A stretch of DNA of 64,000 nucleotides, from the NCBI RefSeq assembly GCF_049060185.1, contig NZ_JBMEQO010000002.1. The stretch is one strand, 5' to 3'. The DNA is from Nannocystis pusilla (GTDB lineage: Bacteria; Myxococcota_A; Polyangia; Nannocystales; Nannocystaceae). Of this stretch, positions 1 through 9,723 are shown piece after piece; the stretch's first letter is position 1, and the number at the start of each line of letters is the position of its first letter. A program made the translations under genes and the position numbers. The notes below the pieces were generated by a model, which saw only the letters and a list, made by a program, of their open reading frames with translations, did not search any database and was not told the origin of the DNA.

Positions 1-950
1 GCATGTGGGCCCCGTTCTTGCTGCTGGTGTGCCGGCTGTTCCAGGGCCTCTCGGTCGGCGGCGAGTACGGCACCACCGCCACGTACATGAGCGAGGTCGC
101 CCTCCAGGGCCGGCGCGGCTTCTTCTCCTCGTTCCAGTACGTCACGCTGATCGGCGGCCAGCTGCTCGCGGTGCTCACGCTCGTGGTGCTCGAACACCTG
201 CTGAGCGAGGCCGAGCTCAAGGCCTGGGGCTGGCGGATCCCCTTCGTCCTCGGCGCGGTCGCGGCGGTGGTCGCCCTGCTGCTCCGCCGCACCCTGCACG
301 AGACCCAGAGCGCCGCGGCCAAGGCCGACGCCGAGGCCGGCAGCGTGGCCGGCCTGCTCCGTCACCACCGCGCCGCGTTCCTGACGGTGCTCGGCTACAC
401 CGCCGGCGGCTCGCTGTTCTTCTACACGTTCACCACGTACATGCAGAAGTACCTGGTCAACACGGTCCACCTGCCGATCCGGACCGCCAGCTACGTGATG
501 ACCGGCGCGCTGTTCGTCTACATGTGCATGCAGCCGGCCTTCGGCGCGCTGTCGGACCGGATCGGCCGACGCACCTGCATGCTGCTGTTCGGCAGCCTCG
601 GCGCGGTGGCCACGGTGCCGATCCTGACCGCCCTGCAGCGCACCACCAGCCCGGTGACCGCCTTCTTGCTTATTCTCGCCGCGCTGTCGATCGTGAGCCT
701 CTACACCTCGATCAGCGGCATCGTCAAAGCCGAGATGTTCCCGCCGGAGGTGCGCGCGCTCGGGGTCGGCCTCGCCTACGCGGTGGCGAACGCGATCTTC
801 GGCGGCTCGGCCGAGTACGTCGCCCTTGCCCTCAAGTCACTCGGCCACGAGACGTCGTTCTTCTGGTACGTGAGCGCGATGATGGTCCTCACCACCCTCG
901 TCAGCCTGCGCCTGCCGCGGCATCCGAGCTACCTGCAGCACGATCCGTGA
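1..950 (+). CDS. MFS transporter, metabolite:H+ symporter family (KgtP/ProP-like), C-terminal part; 5' end lies outside the window
   Basis: ORF 3..950 translates to about 10 TM helices with MHS-family motifs (…[20 protein letters not shown]…, …[20 protein letters not shown]…). It runs off the left edge of the window. Confidence 0.8.
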   Translation, partial: MWAPFLLLVCRLFQGLSVGGEYGTTATYMSEVALQGRRGFFSSFQYVTLIGGQLLAVLTLVVLEHLLSEAELKAWGWRIPFVLGAVAAVVALLLRRTLHETQSAAAKADAEAGSVAGLLRHHRAAFLTVLGYTAGGSLFFYTFTTYMQKYLVNTVHLPIRTASYVMTGALFVYMCMQPAFGALSDRIGRRTCMLLFGSLGAVATVPILTALQRTTSPVTAFLLILAALSIVSLYTSISGIVKAEMFPPEVRALGVGLAYAVANAIFGGSAEYVALALKSLGHETSFFWYVSAMMVLTTLVSLRLPRHPSYLQHDP

Positions 951-974
951 AGCGCGCCGCCGAGCGCGGCGAAT

Positions 975-1045
975 CACATGTCTCTCGGGACAGCCTCGCG
1001 CGACATCGTCCGCGTCGATCCATGCCTGTCCCCGAGAACAGGTCG
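975..1045. repeat. GGACATGTCC-family palindromic repeat cluster
   Basis: CACATGTCTCTCGGGACAGCC…CATGCCTGTCCCCGAGAACAGG. This is an internally inverted version of the 21-nt core GACATGTCCCGAGAGACAGCC seen at 28997. It is intergenic, lying after the MFS stop. Confidence 0.6.
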
Positions 1046-2129
1046 ATCCTCGTCTCCCGCATCGACCCGTCTCCAGGCGCAGGTCGGTCCTCTTGCTCCA
1101 TCCCCCGCGACATCGTCGGCCGCACCAGACCCATCGGCCCGGCGCGTGCGTGCTCTACCGCTGCATGCACCGCCGAGATTTTGCCCTCGGGCTCGTCGCC
1201 GCCGGCGCCTGGGCTTGCGGCGAGCGCCCCACCTCCGCGCCGCCCCTCCTCGCCGCGCGCTCGCGCCCGAGCCCGAGCCCGAGCTCCCCGCGCCCGGTCC
1301 GCCCCCGCCGCCGGTCGCAACTGCGGCCCTCGGCCCGCCCCTCATTACTCGCGCTGCCCTCGACGCCCGCGCCGACGAATTGCGCGAGCGCCACGCCGGC
1401 CGCGGCTTCACCGTCCTCGTCGAGCCGCCCTTCGTCGTCCTCGGCGACGAGTCGCCCGCCGACGTCCAGCGGCGGGCCGATCGCACGATTCACTGGTCGG
1501 TGCTGCGGCTCAAGCAGGACTACTTCGCCCGCGACCCGGCGCGCATCATCGACGTGTATCTGTTCGCCGACCGCGCCAGCTACGGCCGCAACACCCGCGA
1601 GTTGTTCGGCGAGGAGCCAGACACCCCCTATGGCTATTACTCGCCGCGGCACGCCGCCCTGATCATGAACATCGGCACCGGCGGCGGCACCCTCGTCCAC
1701 GAGATCGTCCATCCGTTCATGGCCGCCAACTTCCCCGCCTGCCCCGCCTGGTTCAACGAGGGCCTCGCCTCGCTCTACGAGCAGTGCGGCGAGCACGGCG
1801 GCCGGATCGTCGGCTACCCCAATTGGCGCCTGCCGCACCTGCAGGCCGCCATCCGGTCCCGACGCCTGCGCTCGTTCGCCGAGCTGTGCGCCACCGACTC
1901 CGACGAGTTCTACGGCGCGCGCTCCGGCCTCAATTACGCCCAGGCCCGCTACCTCTGCTATTATTTACAGGAGCAGGATCGCCTGCGCGACTACTATCAT
2001 GCCTTCGTCGCCGGCGCCGACCTCGATCCCGGCGGCTACGCCACCCTGCAGAAGCTCGTCGGCCACCGCGACATGCCCCGCTTCGAGCGCGAGTGGCGGC
2101 GCTTCGTCCTCGACCTGCAGTGGAGCTGA
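978..2129 (+). CDS. Secreted zinc metallopeptidase-like protein (HEIVH … NEGLASLYE, peptidase MA-like); lipoprotein signal in a different frame, so an apparent frameshift
   Basis: The ORF frame carries HExxH plus a downstream NEGLA-x-x-E, the third-ligand motif typical of MA-clan peptidases. A lipobox signal MHRRDFALGLVAAGAWAC starts at 1165 in the +1 frame relative to the catalytic domain. This implies an indel between 1165 and about 1330. Confidence 0.55.
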   Translation: MSLGTASRDIVRVDPCLSPRTGRSSSPASTRLQAQVGPLAPSPATSSAAPDPSARRVRALPLHAPPRFCPRARRRRRLGLRRAPHLRAAPPRRALAPEPEPELPAPGPPPPPVATAALGPPLITRAALDARADELRERHAGRGFTVLVEPPFVVLGDESPADVQRRADRTIHWSVLRLKQDYFARDPARIIDVYLFADRASYGRNTRELFGEEPDTPYGYYSPRHAALIMNIGTGGGTLVHEIVHPFMAANFPACPAWFNEGLASLYEQCGEHGGRIVGYPNWRLPHLQAAIRSRRLRSFAELCATDSDEFYGARSGLNYAQARYLCYYLQEQDRLRDYYHAFVAGADLDPGGYATLQKLVGHRDMPRFEREWRRFVLDLQWS

Positions 2130-2138
2130 GCCGGGCGG

Positions 2139-3257
2139 CTACAGCCCGGCCGCCGCCGCCACCGCCGCCGTCGTCGCCTTGATCACGTCGGTCGCGAACG
2201 CGCGGTCGAGCGTGTCCGGAGTGTCGAGCCCGACCGTGCAGTGATACGCCGGGTTGCGGAACACCCCGGTGTCGAACACGTGCAGCGCCGGCAGGCCGCG
2301 CTCCCAGGCTGCGGTGGTCCGACATGCTCAGCACCCCGAACGCGTCGTCGTCGAGCTTCTCCGCGTCCGTCAGCGTCATCACCCCCGTCAGCCGGCCGAG
2401 GCGCTCCGCCTGCGCCTCCAGCTCGAGCGCGAACGGCTCGGCGGACGCGTCGGCGACCACCGCGATGAAGTCGGCACGGCCCTTGTTCGCCGTCAGCTCG
2501 TCGGCCAGCCCGGGGAACCGCTCCGCCAGCGGCCCCGGGAAGATCTGCGAGTGCTCCGCCGCGCTCGCGTAGCCGATCATGTCGAAGTTGAACGCCACCG
2601 CCAGCTTCGCGCCCGTGAACGACTGCGCGAACGCCCGCGAGCCGCGCAGCCCCAGCTCTTCCTCGTCCCAGCAGGCCACCATCAGCGTGCGCGGCAGCCT
2701 CGCCTGCCCGAGCACGCGCGCCACCTCGAGCGCCCCGGCCACCCCGCTCGCGTTGTCGTCGGCGCCGGGGCAGCCGCTGACGTGATCGTAGTGGGCTGCC
2801 AGCAGCACCACCTCGGACACCGCCGCGGTGCCCTCGCGCGTCCCGATCACGTTGATCCCGGAGCCGTAGTCCTGGCGCTGCACCACGAAGCCCGCCTGCT
2901 CGAGCTCCGCCGCGCAGCGGTCCTGCACCTTCTGCCAGTGGATCGATCCGGGCGGCCGCGGCTGGGCCATGAACGCGACGTCCTCGGCCCAGCGAACCGG
3001 GTCGACGCAATCCATCAGCGCCTCCGGGCTGTCGTGGCCGCAGAGGGACGCGATCCCGACGTCGGGCCCCGGCCCCGTGGTCGTCGGCGCCGCCGTCGTC
3101 CCGCCCGAGCTGCTCGAGCTGCTGGTCCCGCCGGGCGCGCCCGTCTCCGCCGCACCGCTCGTCGTCGTCGCCGCGTCGCTCTCGCCGCTCGTCGCCGGCG
3201 ACGGCACGCACCGAGCCCGAGCCACAACACCCCGACCGCACCGCGGACCGCTCGCAT
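2139..3257 (-). CDS. M28-family zinc aminopeptidase lipoprotein; disrupted by about 2 frameshifts
   Basis: AHYDHVSGCPGADDNASGVAGALEVARVL and EEELGLRGSRAF are M28 hallmarks. The true C-terminus (…WERGLPALHVFDTGVFRNPAYHCTVGLDTPDTLDRAFATDVIKATTAAVAAAAGL*) is in another frame, ending at 2139. The lipobox signal MRAVRGAVGVLWLGLGAC (ATG at 3257) is also out of frame with the Thr/Ser-rich linker. Confidence 0.7.
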
Positions 3258-3292
3258 CGCCGTCACTATAGCACCGGCCCGACCCCTCGCCG

Positions 3293-3775
3293 GTGGATCG
3301 CCCGCCGCCGATCGCTTATGACCGGCGTCATGGCCCACCCCTCACCGAACTCACAGGCTCATGGACCGGCCCCGCGCGCACCTGGCTCGACCCGACTGGC
3401 GGCGAGCCGGACGTCGGCGACTGGCGCGTCCAGATCGAGTCGCTGCTCGACGGCCGCTACGCGCGCCTCCGCTACGACGGCGTGTGCACCGGCAAGCTGC
3501 ACCACGGCGAGATGACCCTCGGCGTCGACGACCACGAGCACACCCTGTACTGGATCGACACCTTCCACACCGGCGCCTCCCCTGTGGTCGATCGGGCCCG
3601 CGGGCCCGCCGTCTCGGTCCTCGGCAGCTACCGCGCCGGCGACCAGCGCTGGGGCTGGCGCACCGCCTTCCGCCGCGACGGCGACGAGCTCGTGATCGAG
3701 GCCACCAACATCGAGCCGAGCGGCGAGGAGACGCGCGCCATCGAGGTCCGCCTCGTCCGCGTCGCGGCTGCCTGA
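3293..3775 (+). CDS. Hypothetical protein (about 160 aa)
   Basis: Clean ORF with coding-like composition (…WRVQIESLLDGRYARLRYDGVCTGKLHHGEMTLGVDDHEHTLYWIDTFHTG…). I recognise no named domain. Confidence 0.45.
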   Translation: MDRPPPIAYDRRHGPPLTELTGSWTGPARTWLDPTGGEPDVGDWRVQIESLLDGRYARLRYDGVCTGKLHHGEMTLGVDDHEHTLYWIDTFHTGASPVVDRARGPAVSVLGSYRAGDQRWGWRTAFRRDGDELVIEATNIEPSGEETRAIEVRLVRVAAA

Positions 3776-3790
3776 TCGACCATGCTCCTC

Positions 3791-3845
3791 GGGACATGCC
3801 CGTTCGGCCATGCCCGCACGGACATGTCCCTCACGGACAGGCGAC
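3791..3845. repeat. GGACATGTCC-family repeat, 14-bp periodic (3 to 4 units)
   Basis: GGGACATGCCCGTTCGGC CATGCCCGCACGGA CATGTCCCTCACGGACAGG. It lies between the convergent gene ends 3775 and 3831. Confidence 0.7.
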
Positions 3846-4983
3846 TATCTGCACGTCGTAGCTGAACGGCTGCGGCACCCCGTTCACCGCCACCGTGTAG
3901 GTCTTGCCGGCCTCCGAGGTCCAGCCCTGCGGTGTCATGGCGATCGCGCTGGCCGAGCCGAACCCGCCCATGAGCGCCGTCGTCTTGACCGGCCGGTCGA
4001 CCCCGCCCTCGCTGATCGTCACCTGCGCCGCGCCGAGGTCGATCGCATCGCTCTGGATCGTCCAGCCCGTCTCGTCGACGTCGGACCACGGCACCTCGGG
4101 CACGTGGATCGCGTCGATCGGCACCACCCGGGCGGCGGCCAGGCCGTCCACGCCGCGTCGCCGCCGCCCTGCCCGCCGATCACCCACATGCACGAGTTGA
4201 CGGCCGTCGATCCGAGCCCGACCGGCCCGAGCCCGTTCGAGAGGATCCACCGCCGGTGGCCGAAGGTCGTCGCATTGCCGGGGTCGACCATGTAGAGGTC
4301 GACCGCGACCACGCCCGGCGTCGACGAGATGTTGCTGTTCTTCGCCGCCTGCGCCCGTCGGCGCTGTAGCAGTCCCACTGCATCGGCGGGTCGTGCGACA
4401 GCTGCCCGTTGGCGTGCATCATCAGCGCGCACTGCTGCGCCTTGGCATTGAGCCCCGCGTCGTGCCCGACCGCCGGCAGCCCGGCCAGCCAGCGGTACAG
4501 GTTGATCAGCCTGAGCGCGTTGTCGCGGCCCGGCGCGCCCGTGTCGCCCGCCTGACAGCCGGCGACCGCCCCGCTCCATGTCCCTTCGGACATGTCCGCA
4601 CGGTCCGCCGTCCAGCGCGCGCACCTCCGCCGCCGGATCGATCGGCTCGCCGGTGGTGGTGATGTCGCCGGTGGTGGTCGTCGAAGCCGCGCTGGACGTC
4701 CCGCTCCCGGTCGGACCTGGCCCCGAGGACACCTCGTCCGGGCCCGTGGTCGTCGTGCCCGCGACGCTCGTGCTCGTCGGCTCCCCGCGGTCGACGCCTC
4801 GCTGGTGCCCGGCGCGCTCGCATCGCTGGTCCCCGGTCCGGTGCTCGCCGCGCTCGCGCCGGTGCTCGTCGCCTCGCTCGCGGTCTCGGGCATACCGATG
4901 CTCTCGGTCACCTCCGCGACGCCCGAATAGCAGCCGACGACGAGCACGGACATTGATGCGAGGACGACGCGAGAGGGCAGCAT
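3831..4983 (-). CDS. CAP/SCP/PR-1 domain lipoprotein with Ser/Thr-rich linker; at least 3 frameshifts
   Basis: Lipobox signal MLPSRVVLASMSVLVVGC. CAP-domain motifs (…NALRLINLYRWLAGLPAV…, …TTFGHRRWILSNGLGP…) are spread over three overlapping ORF fragments (4180..4983, 4019..4732, 3831..4250). Confidence 0.6.
4576..4606. repeat. GGACATGTCC-family repeat (2 units) inside the linker region of the CAP lipoprotein gene
   Basis: CCATGTCCCTTCGGACATGTCCGCACGG. It lies between the Thr/Ser-rich linker and the CAP domain and coincides with a frame change. Confidence 0.6.
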
Positions 4984-5218
4984 CTCATCTCCGCATACGA
5001 CCTGACCGCCGCCGCAGTCAACCGGCGCGCGCCAGGCGACTCGCGCCCGCTCGTGGGGTCGACGAGCCGCGATGCGATCGCGCGACGTCCTCGCTTCACT
5101 CGATCGCGCTCGCGCTCGCCGCCTGCAGACCTGCCGACTCCGGGAGCGAGACGTCGACCGACGACGCGCACCGCTCCACCGCGCCCATGCGCGCCTGCTT
5201 GCGTCGCGCGCCGCGCCG

Positions 5219-7545
5219 TCAGCCCGGCGGCGCGGCCTTGCGGCTCTCGGCCACGATCCGCACCAGGTCGGCCTCGTCCTCGCACAGCGCCACGATCAGG
5301 TCGCCCGGCACCAGAGTCTCGTCCGGCCGCGGGTTGACGATCAGCCGCCGCCGCAGCTCCGCGTGCGACGTCCCGCCCGCCGGCGCCTTGCCGCCCGGAT
5401 CGGCCGTGCGATACAGCCCCAGCGGCACCGCGCCGCCGCGGCCTTGCACCTCGAGCAGCGCGCGTCGGGCCTTGCGCCACGACTGTCCGATGAGCCAGGT
5501 CGGCGCCGGCGCCGTGTAGACCTCGGCGTTGTCGTCGGCGAACGCCACCAAGCGGTTGAACAGCTCCGCGAACGCGCGATCGCGGCACGCCATCACCAGC
5601 CAGCGGTGCGCCAGCGCCTGGCAGTCGACCGGCACCAGCCAGGCCGCGAACGGCGAGAACACCTCCTCGCGCTCCGCCTCCGACGTCTCGACCAGAGTCA
5701 CCGGCAGCGCCGGCGCAGTGCGGGCGATCTCCACCGACGTCGCCGCCACCCCGAGCGTCCGCGCCCGCTGCCCCCGCCGATCGGGTCGCGCGCGCACGCC
5801 TGGTGCACTGCGCGGGCGATCCGCAGCGGATCGTAGCTCGCCCCCGATCCATCGCCGTCGCCGAGCACGATCACCCGGGCGGCCCGCGGCAGCCGCAGCC
5901 CCGCCAGGTCCTCCGGCACCTCCGGGTTCGAGTGGTGGATCGTCAGCGCCTTGACCCGCGCCAGCTGCAGCCGCACCGCCGCGGCAGCGCGTCGGACACC
6001 ACCACGTGCAGCGGCCGGTGTCGCGTCGGCCCCGGGCTGCGCAGCAGGCGGATCAGCGGCAGCATGTCCTCGCGGAAGTTCAGCACCACCAGGTGCCGGT
6101 TGAGCCGCCGCCACAGCCGCGTCTGCTCCTGCGCGAAGATGTTGGTCAGCGTCGCGGTGAACCACGCCAGAAGGCCGAGCCCGAGGATCGTCGCCGCCGC
6201 CCCGACCAGCCGCGCCGTCGGCGTCTTCAGCGTCTCGGTCGTGAAGTTGCCGGTGGCGAACGTGTTCATCTCCCAGAACGAGTCATTCAGCGTCCTGAGC
6301 CTGGCGTTCGAGTCATGTTCCAAGGACCAGACGATGAACGTCGACAGCGTCACCACGCACGCGAACGCCGCGAACGGCACCAGCGGGTTCGAAGCTGGCT
6401 CTCGATCCCCGCGCCCGGGACTCGCCGCCGCCGCAGCGCCCGGCGCACCAGGTACAGCACCACCCCCAGCGCCGCCGCGAACGCCCGCCCTGCAGCCACG
6501 CCTGCCGGCGCTCGCTGGTCTCGTGCAGCTCGGCCACCGGGTGCAGCGGGATCGGCTCGCGCTCGGCGAACCCGCGCCACTCCACGCGGACCTTGAGGCT
6601 CGCGTACTGCTTGTCGCGCGCCAGCTTCTTGAGCCCCTGGACCATCGCCTCGACCGCCAGCCGGCGGTCGGCCAGAAGGCCTCGTCTTCCACCCGCTCGC
6701 GCGGCGTCGCCACCAGCACCACCGAGCTCACGCACACCGTCGGCATGCTGTACTCGAGGCCCGGATAGGTCCCGGTCTCGATCGGGCAGATCCGGTAATA
6801 CGGGTAGCCGTCGATCAGGCGGTTCAGCACCGCCTCGGGCAGCGGGTTCAGGGTCGCCAGGCCGGACGCCAGCACGTCGCGGATCTCCGTGTGCCCGGGC
6901 TCGGTGGTCCGCAGCATCGTCAGCAGCTCGCGCCGGCTCATCGCCGCCAGCGCCTCGTCGGCAGTGCCCGTGAACAGCGGCAGCTGCTCCGCGGTGTGAC
7001 CGGCCGCGCCGAGGATCACCTTGGCCGTCTCGTAGCTGCCCGAGCCGTCCTTGCCCATGAACAGCGGCTCGCGGCCGATCTCGGCGAAGTCGTCGAGGCG
7101 CACCGGCCGGCGCACCAGCACGTGGACCGCCGCGTCGGACACCGCCGCGATCACCCGCAGCTCGGCCTTGTCGGCCTCCTCGGGCGACAGCTTGCACATC
7201 CACCCGCCCTTCGGGATCGCGCTGTCGCCCGCGTCCGCGTCGGCCTGCCCGGCCTTGAACGCCTCCGCCGCCACGTCGTACTGCACCAGCGCCGCGTCGA
7301 GCTCGCCCGACAGCAGCTTGTGCACGTTCTCGCACGAGCCCTTGGTCGACTCCGGCGCGATCGTCACCGCCCCTCGCCCTGGACCGCCTCGGCCAGCGCG
7401 TGCGCGGTCACGTCGAACCCGCCCTTCTTGGCCCCCGAGCCGAAGCGGACCACGATCGCCTCGCCCGCCCGCGCCGCACCTGTCTGCAGGAACATGCCCA
7501 AAGCACAGGCGCGATCGACCATGTCCTCGAGAACATGCCCTTACG
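5219..7545 (-). CDS. TAXI-family solute-binding domain fused to an ion-channel pore and RCK_N/RCK_C cytoplasmic domains (putative ligand-gated channel); several frameshifts
   Basis: TAXI motifs (…FGSGAKKGGFDVTAHALAEAV…, TIAPESTKGSCENVHKLLSGELDAALVQYDVAAEAF, …GYPYYRICPIETGTYPGL…). TM/pore segment (…PFAAFACVVTLSTFIVWSLEH…FATGNFTTETLKTP…LGLGLLAWFTATL…). RCK_N-like (HLVVLNFREDMLPLIRLL…HVVVSD, …RVIVLGDGDGSG…). RCK_C (…LIVNPRPDETLVPGDLIVALCEDEADLVRI…, ORF 5219..5797). The pieces lie in different frames. The N-terminus is not resolved. Confidence 0.5.
7477..7545. repeat. GGACATGTCC-family repeat cluster (about 4 units)
   Basis: CACCTGTCTGCAGGAACATGCCCAAAGCACAGG…CCATGTCCTCGAGAACATGCCC. It overlaps the putative 5' end of the TAXI-channel gene. 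Confidence 0.65.
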
Positions 7546-7616
7546 GCCAGCCCACTGCGCCCGCGACGAGCTCGCTCCGGCCGCGCCGTCCTGCCGCCGC
7601 TCCTTGCGCCCGCGTC

Positions 7617-8405
7617 TCACTCGGCCTCCCCGGTCAGCACCAGCAGCGCGCTCGCGTCGCGCAGCGGGCGGGAGGGCGGCGGGCTCAGCAGCATCGCGTC
7701 CGGCCCGCCTTCGCCGGGCGCGAACAGCCCGATCAGCGTCACCGGGCGGCCGCGGCGGTCGACCTCCACGTTCAGGCAGGCCTCGCGGAACGTCCCCGCG
7801 CGCAGCTCCGGCGGCACCGGCCAGGTCTCGACGCGCAGGCGCCCGCCGAGCAGCGCCAGCATGAAGCGGAACGCCCCGAGGTCGACGCACGCGTGGGCCA
7901 GCAGCGCCGCGCGGAGAAAGCCCGGGTAGAAGATCGTCGCCACCCCCAGGCCCTCGAACTCGTGGGTCGCCTCCGGGTCCTCGACCGCCACCACCACGTG
8001 CGGCGGCTTGCCCTTGCAGGCGCGCAGGATCGCCGTGCACACCAGGCGCGAGAACGCGTCGGTTTCGCCGTGGCCGCGCAGCGGCAGCACGATGATCGCG
8101 TCGGCCGCCGGCAGCCCGGCGGTGTCGGCGAAGAAGCGCGCCAGCGCCTCGACCCCGCCGCTCGCCGATCCCTGCCAGTACTTTTGGACATGTCCCGCGG
8201 GCAACTCGGCCAGCGCCGCCGCGACCGCCTCCACCGGCGCCGGCCCGATCAGCGTCAGCTCCGGCGCCGGCTCGGCCGCCGCGATCGCCCGCACCAGCCC
8301 GAGCGCCTCCGGCGTCCAGTGGATCACCACCCAGCGCGGCCTCGTCGGCCCCGGGAGCCCCGTTGCGAAGTCCTCCGCCGCCGCAGTGTCCCCGCGCTCC
8401 GTCAC
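7617..8405 (-). CDS. CASTOR/POLLUX-type RCK (TrkA-N-like) domain protein
   Basis: …AADAIIVLPLRGHGETDAFSRLVCTAILRA…HVVVAVEDPEATHEF…ACVDLGAFRFMLALLGG… aligns with the RCK region of CASTOR/DMI1-family channels. Stop at 7617. Start is tentatively GTG at 8405. Confidence 0.5.
   Translation of the reverse strand: MTERGDTAAAEDFATGLPGPTRPRWVVIHWTPEALGLVRAIAAAEPAPELTLIGPAPVEAVAAALAELPAGHVQKYWQGSASGGVEALARFFADTAGLPAADAIIVLPLRGHGETDAFSRLVCTAILRACKGKPPHVVVAVEDPEATHEFEGLGVATIFYPGFLRAALLAHACVDLGAFRFMLALLGGRLRVETWPVPPELRAGTFREACLNVEVDRRGRPVTLIGLFAPGEGGPDAMLLSPPPSRPLRDASALLVLTGEAE
8184..8198. repeat. Single GGACATGTCC unit inside the CASTOR-like CDS
   Basis: TTGGACATGTCCCGC encodes …AGHVQKYW… in frame. Confidence 0.5.
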
Positions 8406-8763
8406 GCCGCCGCAGCGTCCGCCCCCGCGCGCCCACCTGTCAAGCCGCCTCGCCGCCTTTCGTCGCCGACACGATCGCTCGCAACGGCGCCGATGAACGC
8501 GGCCGATTGTCCAGCCCGACGATCCAGCCTCACGCCGAACGCATGCGCTGCCGTTCGCCGCGCGCGTCCTTCGAGTGCCCTCGCTCATCGCTCCGCATGC
8601 GACTCGCCGCGGATGAACGCGGCCTCATGCTCTTGCCGCGCGCGAGGCTCCGACGCGACGATCGGTCGTGACACGCTCGCGTCGGCGCAGGGGCCCGCTC
8701 CTCCACGCGCGCTCGCATCGGCGCGGTTGCCCGGACTCGCCGCGCGCGTGATAGCGTCGGCGC

Positions 8764-9554
8764 CTGCGCTCCACCGAGATCCTCGCGCTGGCGCTCATCG
8801 CGCTGGTCTCCTTCGGCCTCAGCTACATCGGCGCCACCGTCGGGCTCGTGCTCGGTCAGCTGCGGGTGGCCCTCCTCGTCTACGCCCTCGGCAGCCCCGT
8901 CGCCGGGGCCGCCACCAGCCTCGCCATCTCCACCGCCGGCACCCTCACCGGCACCTGGCGCCACGCCCGCGACGGCCGCGTCAGCCTGTGGCTGCTGGCC
9001 AGCGTCGGCGCCCCCTCGGCCGTCGCCGCCTTCGCCACCGCGCGCTGGGCCGGCAGCGTCGACGCCCGCCTCCTCAAGGCCGCCATCGCCGGCGTCCTCC
9101 TGCTCACCGGCGCCGCCATGCTGCGCCGCCGGCCCGAGCCCACCGGTCCTTCCGAACATGTCCCTTCGCGCACCTTCGCCGTCCTCGCCGAGGTCGTCGT
9201 CGGCGCCGTCCTCGGCGCGATCTCGAGCCTCGTCGGCCTCCTCCTCGGCAGCCTGCGCCTGCCGGCCATGATCCGCTACGCCCGCGTCCCCCGCCCGTGG
9301 CCGTCGGCACCAACATGGCGATCGGCGCAGTCACCGGGCTGTCGGCCGGCGTCGCCACCTTCCTCGAGGGACAGGTCGACCTCACCGCCTTCGCGGTCGT
9401 CACCCCGCTCACCCTGCTCGGCGCCAACCTCGGCGCCCGCCGCACCGGCGACCTCGACCCCGACAGCCTGCGCCGCTGGATCGCCTGGATCCTGCTCCTG
9501 TCCGCCGCCCTGATGCTCGGCGAACTCGGCCTCGAGCTGCGCCGCACCGCCTGA
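8764..9554 (+). CDS. TauE/SafE (DUF81) family membrane exporter; 1 frameshift near 9295
   Basis: 4+4 TM halves with Gly-rich TauE motifs (…LVSFGLSYIGATVGLVLGQ…; …MAIGAVTGLSAGVATFL…LLGANLGARRTG…). Stop at 9554. Start uncertain. Confidence 0.65.
9148..9175. repeat. Single GAACATGTCC unit in the central loop codons of TauE
   Basis: CCTTCCGAACATGTCCCTTCGCGCACC encodes …GPSEHVPSRT… in the inter-half loop. Confidence 0.55.
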
Positions 9555-9723
9555 CCGGCGGCTCTCGTCGCCGGGCCTGCGCGACGACTCGGCCGCGAGC
9601 TCCACCGGCTCACCCAATCAGCCGCTCGCAGCGCCTGGCCCCACGCGACGATTCGGCCGCGGGCTCCACTCCCGGCTGGACCGGCCGCTTTCGTCGCGCG
9701 GCCCCGCGCGCTACCTTTCGCTC

